Assembly: GCA_902462305.1 (NCBI GenBank)
Contig: CABQBC010000005.1
Coordinates: forward strand, 9,642-73,641
Length of the DNA: 64,000 bases
From: an uncultured Flavobacteriales bacterium
GTDB lineage: Bacteria > Bacteroidota > Bacteroidia > Flavobacteriales > UBA1820
Direction of reading: 5' to 3'
In this document: positions 39,322 to 47,577 of the stretch, piece by piece
How positions within the stretch are numbered: the first letter of the stretch is position 1
Layout: each line of letters starts with the position of its first letter
Translations under genes and position numbers: made by a program
Notes under the pieces: model-generated
Databases searched by the model: none
Told to the model about the DNA's origin: nothing
What the model saw: the letters and a program-made list of their open reading frames with translations, nothing else

Positions 39322-39987
39322 ATGAAAAAAGAACTATCGCTCGTCCATAACTATGCGCCGCCGTCGCAGGAATTTTCACATGGCAGACGTAATCCGTTGC
39401 TCGTGATGGCACACGGCTACGGCTCCGACCAGTACGATCTGTTTTCGCTGGCAGGGGAATTGCCGGGGGTGTTTCACGTTGTGGCTCCGCGCGCGCCGAT
39501 AGAATTGCCGTTCGGCGGAGCGGCGTGGTACTCGCTTAATTTCGATGACAGCCGTAAGTTTACCCATGTGCCTGAAGCCCTTGCCGCGCGGGAAAAGCTC
39601 GCCTCCTTCATAAAAGAAGCCGCCGAGGCCTACGATGCCGACCCGGAAAACGTCTGGTTGCTCGGTTTCAGCCAGGGGGCTATACTCAGCTATGGCATCA
39701 TGTCCAAATATCCGCGTCTGGTGAAGTATTACATTCCCTTAAGCGGATATATCGAACCTAATATAATAGAACCGGTAGGCGATACGGCCGATTATGCCGG
39801 AATAAAGGCCATTGCCACTCACGGGACCCAGGACCAGGTAATCCCGGTGTCATGGGGGCGATCGGTGAAGGACTTTATGAAGGAAAGGCTTGTGGAATAC
39901 TGTTATTACGAATATCCGATAGGTCACGGCATATCGCCCGAAGGCTTTCGGCAGGTAAAATGGTGGGTGGATGAAAATCTGATATAG
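39322..39987 (+). CDS. Phospholipase/carboxylesterase-family alpha/beta hydrolase
   Basis: Nucleophile elbow GFSQGA, then HGTQD.VIP (Asp) and GHGIS (His), the order found in carboxylesterase-2-type enzymes. The ORF-track start at 39205 runs through the terminator and promoter, so I moved the start to 39322. Confidence 0.8.
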   Translation: MKKELSLVHNYAPPSQEFSHGRRNPLLVMAHGYGSDQYDLFSLAGELPGVFHVVAPRAPIELPFGGAAWYSLNFDDSRKFTHVPEALAAREKLASFIKEAAEAYDADPENVWLLGFSQGAILSYGIMSKYPRLVKYYIPLSGYIEPNIIEPVGDTADYAGIKAIATHGTQDQVIPVSWGRSVKDFMKERLVEYCYYEYPIGHGISPEGFRQVKWWVDENLI

Positions 39988-40073
39988 ACCGGAGTGCTGT
40001 TGTCGCCGTATACAAAAGGAGGCCGCCGCCCAAATAATAGGATGCTGTTTTTTGACAGCGTTGTTGAAATTCG

Positions 40074-40081
40074 TATCTTTG
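40074..40081 (+). promoter_or_regulatory. Candidate -7 box TATCTTTG for fbaA
   Basis: Exact TAnnTTTG match about 85 nt upstream of the fbaA ATG. Confidence 0.5.
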
Positions 40082-40166
40082 CCATGCTTTTGGCCGGGGT
40101 GTTTTTATCGTCGTAAACCTCTGCCACGCATCATTTAAGAATCAAATCAATAAAACCGATAAGACA

Positions 40167-41237
40167 ATGAGCCAGAAAATCAAACCGGGAGTAGCTACCG
40201 GGGCAACGGTTGGTGAAATATTCCACTTTGCCAAAGAAAAAGGTTTCGCCATACCCGCCATTAACTGCACGGGTACCGACACTATCAACTCCGTAATGGA
40301 GGCCGCACGCGAGGTCAACTCGCCTGTGATAATACAGTTCTCCAACGGTGGAGCAGCTTTCATAGCAGGTAAGGCGCTTCCTAACGACGCTCAGCAGGCA
40401 TCCATAGCCGGAGCAATAGCCGGTGCCAAGCACGTACACACTCTTGCCGAGATGTACGGCGTTCCCGTAATACTGCATACCGACCACTGTGCAAAAAAAC
40501 TCCTTCCCTGGATAGACGGACTTCTTACCGCCGGCGAGGAACACTTTGCCAAGACAGGCAAGCCTCTTTTCTCCTCGCACATGATAGACCTTTCCACCGA
40601 AACGCTCAAGGACAACATCGAAATATGCAAGCGTTATCTGGAGCGCATGAGTAAAATGGGCATGACGCTCGAAATAGAACTCGGTATAACCGGAGGCGAG
40701 GAAGACGGTGTGGACCATTCGGATGTACATGCCAGCAAGCTGTACACCCAGCCTGAAGACGTGGCATACGCATACGAAGAACTTCTCAAGATAAGCCCCA
40801 ACTTCACTATCGCCGCTTCGTTCGGAAACGTTCACGGCGTGTACAAACCGGGTAACGTGGTGCTCAAACCTACGATACTGCGCGACTCCCAGGAATACAT
40901 ACAGAAAAAATACGGCACGGGTAAAAATCCTGTCAACTTCGTATTCCACGGCGGTTCCGGCTCTTCGCTCGAAGAGATCCGCGAGGCAATCACTTACGGT
41001 GTCGTGAAGATGAACATCGATACGGACACTCAGTTCGCTTTCATGGAAGGCATACGCAACTATATGGAAGACAAAAAGGCTTACCTCCAGTCCCAGATCG
41101 GAAACCCGGAAGGCCCTGAAGCCCCGAACAAGAAGCACTACGACCCGCGCGTATGGCTGCGAAAAGGAGAAGAAACGCTCATAGCACGTATCAAAGTCGC
41201 TTTCAGCGACCTCAAGTGCATAGACGTACTCAAATAA
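40167..41237 (+). CDS. fbaA: Class II fructose-1,6-bisphosphate aldolase
   Basis: Close colinear match to E. coli FbaA as I recall it (KPGV.TG..V.......K...FA.PA.NC.GTD.IN.V.E.A......P.I.QFSNGGA.FIAGK). Confidence 0.95.
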   Translation: MSQKIKPGVATGATVGEIFHFAKEKGFAIPAINCTGTDTINSVMEAAREVNSPVIIQFSNGGAAFIAGKALPNDAQQASIAGAIAGAKHVHTLAEMYGVPVILHTDHCAKKLLPWIDGLLTAGEEHFAKTGKPLFSSHMIDLSTETLKDNIEICKRYLERMSKMGMTLEIELGITGGEEDGVDHSDVHASKLYTQPEDVAYAYEELLKISPNFTIAASFGNVHGVYKPGNVVLKPTILRDSQEYIQKKYGTGKNPVNFVFHGGSGSSLEEIREAITYGVVKMNIDTDTQFAFMEGIRNYMEDKKAYLQSQIGNPEGPEAPNKKHYDPRVWLRKGEETLIARIKVAFSDLKCIDVLK

Positions 41238-41282
41238 TCCGTCATTTCCGGGTCGCAGGCCCGGTTGAATGATTCGTATTGT

Positions 41283-41317
41283 AAAAAAAACCGGACGGTG
41301 TACCGTCCGGTTTTTTT
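41283..41317 (+). terminator. Rho-independent terminator after fbaA
   Basis: AAAAAAAA-CCGGACGG-TGTA-CCGTCCGG-TTTTTTT. Confidence 0.85.
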
Positions 41318-41456
41318 GTCGTTCATATTCGACTCCTGTTGCAACGTATAGCACGGTTTGCTATTGGCGCTTGTTTTGCATATATTTGAATTACCGGGAA
41401 CAACCTGCAATAGTCCTCGCCATTAGCTCACTAGTTGTGATTTGCTTTCAAATCTT

Positions 41457-41464
41457 TATCTTTG
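41457..41464 (+). promoter_or_regulatory. Candidate -7 box TATCTTTG for the GAF gene
   Basis: Exact match 34 nt upstream of the ATG at 41499. Another exact match, TATATTTG, lies at 41381-41388. Confidence 0.5.
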
Positions 41465-41498
41465 TTCGTACACATAAATTTTTAATACCTGCATAAAA

Positions 41499-41957
41499 AT
41501 GAACAAACTTCACGCATCGCTTTTCGGGGAAATAAAATCGGTGGTCGATTCCGACAACGACTGGGAGGATATATTGCGTTTTGTGTGCCAGATGCTCCGC
41601 GACGGAGTTGAACATTTCGATTGGGTAGGCATATACAGGTATGATACTGTTTCGCGTACCCTGATATTGGGCCCTTATGCCGGCAAGGAAACGGAACATA
41701 CGGAGATACCGTATGGAAAGGGCGTATGCGGGCAGGTGGCCGTTTCCGGGGAGCGCTTGGTAGTGCCTGACGTGCGGGCCGAAGAAAACTATATAGCATG
41801 CAGCGCGGAAGTTCGCAGCGAAGCTGTAGTGCCTGTGATCCGGGCCGGTAATGCCATCGCGCAGATAGATGTCGATTCGAATATTCCGGATGCTTTTTCA
41901 CGGGAAGATATCGAACTGCTGGAAGGCGTTGCTGAGGAGATAAAGGATTTTTTATAG
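41499..41957 (+). CDS. GAF-domain free methionine-(R)-sulfoxide reductase (YebR/MsrC-like)
   Basis: Colinear with E. coli YebR motifs as I recall them: W.G.Y, L.LGP..GK, IP.GKGVCG, YIAC....SE.VVP, IDVDS. Confidence 0.7.
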   Translation: MNKLHASLFGEIKSVVDSDNDWEDILRFVCQMLRDGVEHFDWVGIYRYDTVSRTLILGPYAGKETEHTEIPYGKGVCGQVAVSGERLVVPDVRAEENYIACSAEVRSEAVVPVIRAGNAIAQIDVDSNIPDAFSREDIELLEGVAEEIKDFL

Positions 41958-42012
41958 TTCCGCCGTAATTTCCTGCTCTTGTAGTTAATAACAGGTGTGT
42001 TTCTGAAATAAA

Positions 42013-42369
42013 ATGAAGAAGTGGCAGAAAATATGTGGCATTGCAACCTTCGGAGTGATTGGTATTTGCGAATTGCTCTTGTGGTTTGGTGCATATTTGG
42101 ACTTGAAATATATTGTAGAGCCATACAATATTTCAGTTGTGGTAGAGAGAATGTATTTGAGGATAGATTCTTTATCTTTTGCCCTTTGGCTTAATTATTT
42201 CATCGCACTTGCCATATTTATTTGCCTTTGGTGGAATGGCTATAAATTAACCATGTCCAACATAAATAGATTAAAAAAGACATTACAAAACTTAGGTGTG
42301 GCAAATAGTGCGTTTTACGTTGATGATATAGCACTGTTTTATTTAAAAGTGGCAACGAATACCAAATAA
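42013..42369 (+). CDS. Small two-TM hypothetical protein in an AT-rich islet (possibly frameshifted)
   Basis: 118 aa with two hydrophobic helices. Local GC is clearly lower than the flanks. A further 50 codons stay open in a shifted frame (42327-42479) but have no start codon. Confidence 0.4.
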   Translation: MKKWQKICGIATFGVIGICELLLWFGAYLDLKYIVEPYNISVVVERMYLRIDSLSFALWLNYFIALAIFICLWWNGYKLTMSNINRLKKTLQNLGVANSAFYVDDIALFYLKVATNTK

Positions 42370-42646
42370 TATATGTAGATGATAGAGGCGAGCAAAAAGT
42401 CATCGCTTCTTTTTTGAGTGAAAAGCAGGCATGTGATTTTCTGGTGGATTATTTCAAAAAATCGGCAGCGATTAAGTAAGGAGAATAATCTATCTAATTA
42501 GAGGTTGGCGGAATGAACGGATTGTAGAGAGCGTTAGCGACAATGCGATGAAAACGCAGAGGACTTGTCAAGGGATTTTCATATGGACGATACGGGCCAT
42601 GTGAGAGAAATAAGGGTGACGGTTCAGAACAATGGATAAATTTTCC

Positions 42647-42654
42647 TAATTTTG
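42647..42654 (+). promoter_or_regulatory. Candidate -7 box TAATTTTG for pheS
   Basis: Exact TAnnTTTG match 61 nt upstream of the pheS ATG. Confidence 0.5.
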
Positions 42655-42715
42655 CGCAGTTACATGGTAAAATCTTACGTAACCGGACGTATGTCCGGAA
42701 AAAGCATATATCGAG

Positions 42716-43735
42716 ATGATAGATAAGATAAAAGCCTTCCTTAATGAGGCGGAGGAATTCAGGGCGGATGGCGCTGAGGCGCTTGAATCGTTCAGGATAA
42801 AGTATCTTGGGAAAAAGGGTGTCCTGAATGAACTTTTCGAGGATTTTAAAAAGGCTCCGGCCGAACAGAAGCGCGAAATAGGCCAGCTTCTGAACAAACT
42901 CAAAAATACCGCATCGGATAGGATCGCGCAGGCTCGCGAGGCACTTGAGGCGGCGCGTGAGAAGAATGCCGAAAAAAGCGACCTGACGCGCCCGGCGCTG
43001 ACCGTGCCGCTGGGATCTAGACATCCTATTTCGCAGGTGCGCCGGCAGGTGGTGGATATTTTTTCCAGAATAGGCTTTACTATTGCCGATGGTCCTGAAA
43101 TAGAGGATGACTGGCACAATTTCACTGCGCTGAATCTTCCGGAGCATCATCCGGCGCGCGATATGCAGGATACTTTTTTCATACAGACGAATCCTGATAT
43201 ATTGTTGCGTACGCAGACCAGTTCCGTACAGGCGCGCCATATGGAGATGAATCGTCCGCCGATACGTATAATTTCTCCGGGACGTGTGTTCCGCAATGAG
43301 GCTATTTCATACCGTGCGCACTGTATGTTCCATCAGATAGAGGGGCTTTATATAGATAAGAATGTGTCGTTTGCGGATTTGAAACAGACGTTGCTGTATT
43401 TTACGAACGAGATGTTCGGTAAGTCGAAAATCCGTTTGCGTCCTTCGTATTTCCCGTTCACCGAACCTTCGGCTGAGGTGGATGTTTATTGGGGATTGGA
43501 GTCGGAGGCCGATTACCGCATAACGAAGGGTACGGGATGGCTGGAGATTATGGGGTGCGGTATGGTCGATCCTAATGTGTTGAGGAATGTGGGTATCGAT
43601 CCGGATGAATATACGGGGTATGCTTTCGGTATGGGTATAGAGCGTATGGCTATGCTGTTGTACCAGGTGAAGGATTTGCGTTTGTATTTCGAGAACGATG
43701 TGCGTTTTCTGCGCCAGTTCGAGAGTGTGCTTTAA
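42716..43735 (+). CDS. pheS: Phenylalanine--tRNA ligase alpha subunit
   Basis: 339 aa with NF.ALN.PE.HPARDMQDTF and class II motifs (FR.E..S..H...FHQ.EG, FPFTEPS). No pheT follows. Confidence 0.96.
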   Translation: MIDKIKAFLNEAEEFRADGAEALESFRIKYLGKKGVLNELFEDFKKAPAEQKREIGQLLNKLKNTASDRIAQAREALEAAREKNAEKSDLTRPALTVPLGSRHPISQVRRQVVDIFSRIGFTIADGPEIEDDWHNFTALNLPEHHPARDMQDTFFIQTNPDILLRTQTSSVQARHMEMNRPPIRIISPGRVFRNEAISYRAHCMFHQIEGLYIDKNVSFADLKQTLLYFTNEMFGKSKIRLRPSYFPFTEPSAEVDVYWGLESEADYRITKGTGWLEIMGCGMVDPNVLRNVGIDPDEYTGYAFGMGIERMAMLLYQVKDLRLYFENDVRFLRQFESVL

Positions 43736-43741
43736 TGGCGT

Positions 43742-43811
43742 TTAGCCTCGTTAACAAAGAAAACCCTACAAGACCTTGGTCTTGTAGGGTTTTCTTTGTT
43801 AACGAGGCTAA
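43742..43811. repeat. Perfect inverted repeat (34-nt arms, 2-nt centre) between convergent pheS and ZIP genes
   Basis: TTAGCCTCGTTAACAAAGAAAACCCTACAAGACC-TT-GGTCTTGTAGGGTTTTCTTTGTTAACGAGGCTAA, read directly with no mismatch. Probably a bidirectional terminator hairpin, but unusually long. Confidence 0.9.
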
Positions 43812-43868
43812 TGATCGCTATTTATAACGCCCTCCATCTCCCGTATCGTCCATAGCACAACAAATCTT

Positions 43869-44690
43869 TTAAAAACTAACGTCCAGTATCATCATCAGTA
43901 TGAATCCCCCAATAAGGCTCATCACCGCTGTGTCGGCGTATTTGTCTCGTTGGGTTTCCGGAATAACCTCCTCCACCACGACGTATATCATAGCTCCCGC
44001 CGCAAATGCGAGTATATATGGCAATGCCGGTTGGAACACCATTATTGCCATGGCTCCCACTACCGCAGCTATCGGCTCGACCACGGCCGATAGCTGGCCG
44101 TAGAAAAAACTCCTGCCACGTTTCATGCCAAGCGCCCGCAAAGGCAGCGACACGGCCGTTCCTTCCGGAAAATTCTGTATTCCTATTCCTATGGCTAAGG
44201 CTATGGCAGCCGGTACTGTTGCCCCTTCTATGCCTGCGCCTACGGCGCCGAGAGCCACGCCTACGGCCAGCCCTTCGGGTATATTGTGCAGCGTTATGGC
44301 CAGTATCAAAAGGGTGGTGCGGTGGAGCGACGAAGGTGCGCCGTCGGGAGTACCGTCCGTCATGTTGGGGTGAAGGTGCGGTATAAGGCGGTCAAGAGCG
44401 TACAGGAACAGCGCACCGAGTGCGAATCCGGCCGCAGGAGGCAGCCATACGTACGAACTGAGTTCCCGGGACATCTCTACCGAAGGCGATAGAAGGGAAA
44501 AAAATGCGGCCGCCAACATCACACCTCCGGCAAAACCGAGCATGATGTCCATGATTTTCCTTTTTATCTCGCGGAAAAAGAATACGAGAGTAGCTCCTAA
44601 AGCAGTCATTCCCCATGTGAATGTAGTGGCTATCAGCGCCTGCACCGGAGCTGAGAACTGATTGAAAAATCCTGTGAGATATTCGTACAT
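43869..44690 (-). CDS. ZIP-family divalent metal transporter (ZupT/GufA-like)
   Basis: Polytopic membrane protein with HNIPEGLAVG and QNFPEG motifs. Confidence 0.85.
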   Translation of the reverse strand: MYEYLTGFFNQFSAPVQALIATTFTWGMTALGATLVFFFREIKRKIMDIMLGFAGGVMLAAAFFSLLSPSVEMSRELSSYVWLPPAAGFALGALFLYALDRLIPHLHPNMTDGTPDGAPSSLHRTTLLILAITLHNIPEGLAVGVALGAVGAGIEGATVPAAIALAIGIGIQNFPEGTAVSLPLRALGMKRGRSFFYGQLSAVVEPIAAVVGAMAIMVFQPALPYILAFAAGAMIYVVVEEVIPETQRDKYADTAVMSLIGGFILMMILDVSF

Positions 44691-44738
44691 GATGCTTTTG
44701 AATTTTTTCGTTTGGAAAAGCGCGTCGTAATATGACGC

Positions 44739-46427
44739 TTAACGCACCAGTTTCTTGTAACGTATACGTGTGGGAGTGGTATCGCCGAGACGCTTTTTTT
44801 TGTTTTCCTCGTATTCGGAGAACGAGCCTTCGAAAAAATAAACCTGGGAGTCGCCTTCGAAAGCAAGTATGTGCGTGCATACGCGGTCGAGGAACCAACG
44901 GTCATGCGATATTATCACGGCGCAACCTGCGAAGTTGTCCAACCCCTCTTCGAGCGCACGCAGGGTATTTACGTCCAAATCGTTGGTAGGCTCGTCGAGC
45001 AGCAGGACGTTTCCTTCTTCCTTGAGCGTTATGGCCAGATGAAGCCGGTTGCGTTCGCCTCCGGACATTTCGCCCACGAGTTTGTTCTGTTCCGTGCCGG
45101 AAAAATTGAACCGCGAGAGGTATGCGCGCGAGTTGACCTGTCTCCCTCCCATCATTACCAGTTCCTGTCCGCCTGAAAAGTTCTCCCAGATACTCTTTTT
45201 GGGGTCGAGTCCAGAGTGCGTTTGGTCCACGTAGCCTATTTTTACCGTTTCGCCTACTTCAAATGTGCCTCCGTCGGGTTGTTCCTGTCCCATTATCATC
45301 TTGAAAATGGTGGTCTTACCCGCGCCGTTGGGGCCGATTATGCCTACGATGCCGTTTTGCGGCAGACGGAAGTTGAGATCGTCGTACAGCAGTTTATCTC
45401 CGAACGCTTTCGACACGTGCATAGCTTCGATGACGTTGGTTCCGAGCCTTGGGCCGTTCGGGATGTATATTTCTAGTTTTTCTTCTTTTTCCTTCTGGTC
45501 TTCGTTCAAAAGGCGCTCGTATGAAGATAACCTCGCTTTCGATTTGGCCTGGCGGCCTTTTGGGTTTTGCCGTACCCAGTCGAGTTCCCTTTGCAATGTT
45601 TTGGCGCGTTTGGAAGCCTGTTTTTCCTCCTTTGCCAGACGCTGCGTCTTCTGGTCGAGCCATGAGGAATAATTTCCTTTCCAAGGAATGCCTTCTCCAC
45701 GGTCGAGTTCGAGGATCCATCCGGCTACGTTGTCAAGGAAATACCTGTCGTGCGTGACCGCGATGACGGTGCCCTTGTATTGGCGCAGATGTTCTTCAAG
45801 CCATAGTATGCTTTCGGCATCCAGATGGTTGGTGGGCTCGTCCAGCAACAGCACGTCGGGTTCCTGAAGTAAAAGGCGGCACAGGGCAACGCGGCGGCGT
45901 TCCCCTCCCGAAAGCGTCGATACGGGTGTTTCCGGAGCGGGGGTGCGCAAAGCATCCATCGCTATGTTGAGTTTGGTATCCAGTTCCCATGCGTTTTTGG
46001 CGTCTATTTCGTCCTGGAGTTCACCCTGGCGGCGCATCAGTTCATCCATTTTGTCAGGATTGGAATACACCTCTTCCAGGCCGAACTGTTCGTTTATCCT
46101 GTTGTATTCGTCCAGTATGGCCACAGTATCGGCAACGCCTTCCTTTACTATATCGAGTACCGTTTTGTCGGGGTCCAGTTGCGGGTCCTGAGGCAGGTAA
46201 CCGACGGAATATCCGGGAGAGAACACCACGTCGCCCTGGTATTCCTTTTCGATACCGGCGATTATTTTGAGAAGGGTGGATTTACCGGCTCCGTTCAGAC
46301 CGAGTATGCCTATTTTAGCTCCGTAGAAAAAACTGAGGTAGATGTCCTTGAGGACTGTTTTGTTTGTCCTGGAATATGTCTTGGTCACTCCGGTCATGGA
46401 AAAAATGACCTTGTTGTCGTCTGCCAT
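44739..46427 (-). CDS. ettA: ABC-F energy-dependent translational throttle protein EttA
   Basis: 562 aa with two ABC cassettes. The N-terminus is colinear with E. coli EttA as I recall it (L..I.LSFF.GAKIG.LGLNGAGKSTLL.I.AGI.K...G......GY.VGYLPQ.PQL). Confidence 0.93.
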   Translation of the reverse strand: MADDNKVIFSMTGVTKTYSRTNKTVLKDIYLSFFYGAKIGILGLNGAGKSTLLKIIAGIEKEYQGDVVFSPGYSVGYLPQDPQLDPDKTVLDIVKEGVADTVAILDEYNRINEQFGLEEVYSNPDKMDELMRRQGELQDEIDAKNAWELDTKLNIAMDALRTPAPETPVSTLSGGERRRVALCRLLLQEPDVLLLDEPTNHLDAESILWLEEHLRQYKGTVIAVTHDRYFLDNVAGWILELDRGEGIPWKGNYSSWLDQKTQRLAKEEKQASKRAKTLQRELDWVRQNPKGRQAKSKARLSSYERLLNEDQKEKEEKLEIYIPNGPRLGTNVIEAMHVSKAFGDKLLYDDLNFRLPQNGIVGIIGPNGAGKTTIFKMIMGQEQPDGGTFEVGETVKIGYVDQTHSGLDPKKSIWENFSGGQELVMMGGRQVNSRAYLSRFNFSGTEQNKLVGEMSGGERNRLHLAITLKEEGNVLLLDEPTNDLDVNTLRALEEGLDNFAGCAVIISHDRWFLDRVCTHILAFEGDSQVYFFEGSFSEYEENKKKRLGDTTPTRIRYKKLVR

Positions 46428-46544
46428 GATTTTTATATGCGGTTTTTGTTAATAATCGCTACAAATATAATGCAAACCGAAAGCATGGCGAAGGGAAAAC
46501 GGAGTTTTCGCCGGAGCCATGCGTAAGGTTGTGCCTGTGTCGTG

Positions 46545-46552
46545 CAAATATA
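46545..46552 (-). promoter_or_regulatory. Candidate -7 box (TATATTTG on the minus strand) for ettA, at the edge of repeat copy 1
   Basis: The plus strand reads CAAATATA at 46545-46552, which implies an ettA leader of roughly 110 nt. The homologous position in copy 2 reads TATATTTTG, with one extra T. Confidence 0.45.
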
Positions 46553-46667
46553 GCGAAAGCCGAATGCAGAACTCAAGTTTACTTGAAGTTATGCTAAGGC
46601 GCATCCTATATTATCAAAATATAGCGAAAGCCGAATGCAGAACTCAAGTTTACTTGAAGTTATGCTA
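46546..46667. repeat. Tandem direct repeat: two identical 51-nt copies (46546-46596 and 46617-46667), period 71 nt
   Basis: AAATATAGCGAAAGCCGAATGCAGAACTCAAGTTTACTTGAAGTTATGCTA occurs twice with no mismatch. Each copy contains an internal hairpin (AACTCAAGT/ACTTGAAGTT). A degenerate partial third copy (AAATATCGGAAAAGCC) follows. Confidence 0.95.
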
Positions 46668-46791
46668 TATTATGTAAATATCGGAAAAGCCACCGTCACG
46701 GCTAAAATGTATGGAATGCCGCGGGTAAACAAAAAAGACATGGGTGTTTTCGGGTGTTGTGTGGTATTGGGGAGGTTTGCAGAATTGTCTG

Positions 46792-47334
46792 TTATTCGAG
46801 TTTTTTTGTCACATATGCTTCTTTTTTCGTTTTCAGGATGTCCTGTATGTGGGAATTGGCCAGTGCCAGCCGGCATGAACCCGTTTCGAGTATACGTGTG
46901 AAGATGAGTATGCTGTTGTCGGATGCCCATCGTGCGGTTTCCCTGATATCGTATCCTGTGCCTGCTGCGTTGCGTTCGCGCCTGAAGACGTGCGATGAAT
47001 ACGGGCCGTACTTGTATTTTAATGCATGCAGAGTTTCATCTCCTGGGTCGTTGTAGTTTACGATTATTACCGCCAGGCGGTTTTTGTGGAAACAGCAGTT
47101 CAGGGTTGCCAGACGCCCGTCGTCGGTATTCATGGTTATGTCGTAGATGTCCATGCCGTCGAGGGTTATGTTTTCGTGGATAAGTTCCGATGTGTTCCTG
47201 ACGCACAGCGGGTTTTTGGACAGGAATTTAGCTTCTTTCGTCATGAGCTTTATGCCGAAGACGGACGGATTTTTTGAAAATGCGTGCGATGGCGTCAAAA
47301 GAGCCAATAGTATGAAAAAAGCGGCCTTTTTCAT
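46792..47334 (-). CDS. Secreted hypothetical protein
   Basis: Signal peptide MKKAAFFILLALLTPSHAFS; 180 aa; I do not recognise a domain. Confidence 0.55.
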   Translation of the reverse strand: MKKAAFFILLALLTPSHAFSKNPSVFGIKLMTKEAKFLSKNPLCVRNTSELIHENITLDGMDIYDITMNTDDGRLATLNCCFHKNRLAVIIVNYNDPGDETLHALKYKYGPYSSHVFRRERNAAGTGYDIRETARWASDNSILIFTRILETGSCRLALANSHIQDILKTKKEAYVTKKLE

Positions 47335-47368
47335 GGTAAATAATTTTGTTGAAACATGTACAATACCG

Positions 47369-47376
47369 CAAAAATA
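47369..47376 (-). promoter_or_regulatory. Candidate -7 box (TATTTTTG on the minus strand) for the 46792-47334 gene
   Basis: The plus strand reads CAAAAATA at 47369-47376, 34 nt upstream of the ATG. Confidence 0.45.
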
Positions 47377-47389
47377 AGAAAATATTCGA

Positions 47390-47405
47390 TTATCATATAT
47401 GATAA
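47390..47405. promoter_or_regulatory. Perfect 16-bp palindrome TTATCATATATGATAA (candidate operator)
   Basis: Read directly. It lies 14-29 nt upstream of the candidate -7 box, over the expected -33 region of the 46792-47334 gene. Confidence 0.4.
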
Positions 47406-47577
47406 CTAATATTTTGTAATATTATATACTTATATTTTTATCCGCCTCTCTTCCGGTGGGTTATAGGCCGGCAGGGAGATTGAGGTTTAGCATAAAATCA
47501 ACAGGAAACTGCGGTTTGTTTTATCCGTTGCATGGGAAAAAGCGATATGACGCCGGGCGGAGTTGCGTTGTCCGGGT

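Noticed and set aside
41318-41345. A TTCGACTCC segment resembling a tRNA T-arm downstream of the fbaA terminator.
   Set aside because: I could not build an acceptor stem, anticodon arm or D-arm around it, so it is not a tRNA.
42664-42726. A 20-codon upstream ORF (MVKSYVTGRMSGKSIYRDDR) in the pheS leader that overlaps the pheS start, considered as a pheM-like attenuation leader peptide.
   Set aside because: It contains no Phe codons, and no terminator/antiterminator pair follows. The only hairpin (CCGGAC/GTCCGG) has no U-tract.
46546-46667. The tandem 51-nt repeat, considered as a minimal CRISPR array.
   Set aside because: There are only two full copies, the 20-nt spacer is shorter than the repeat, the repeat is longer than typical CRISPR repeats, and no cas genes are in the window. 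I report it as a tandem repeat instead.
46635-46901. An 88-aa plus-strand ORF that starts inside repeat copy 2 and runs antisense into the 3' end of the 46792-47334 gene. A 37-codon ORF similarly starts in copy 1.
   Set aside because: It starts inside a non-coding repeat, overlaps a signal-peptide-bearing gene on the other strand, and has no recognisable features.
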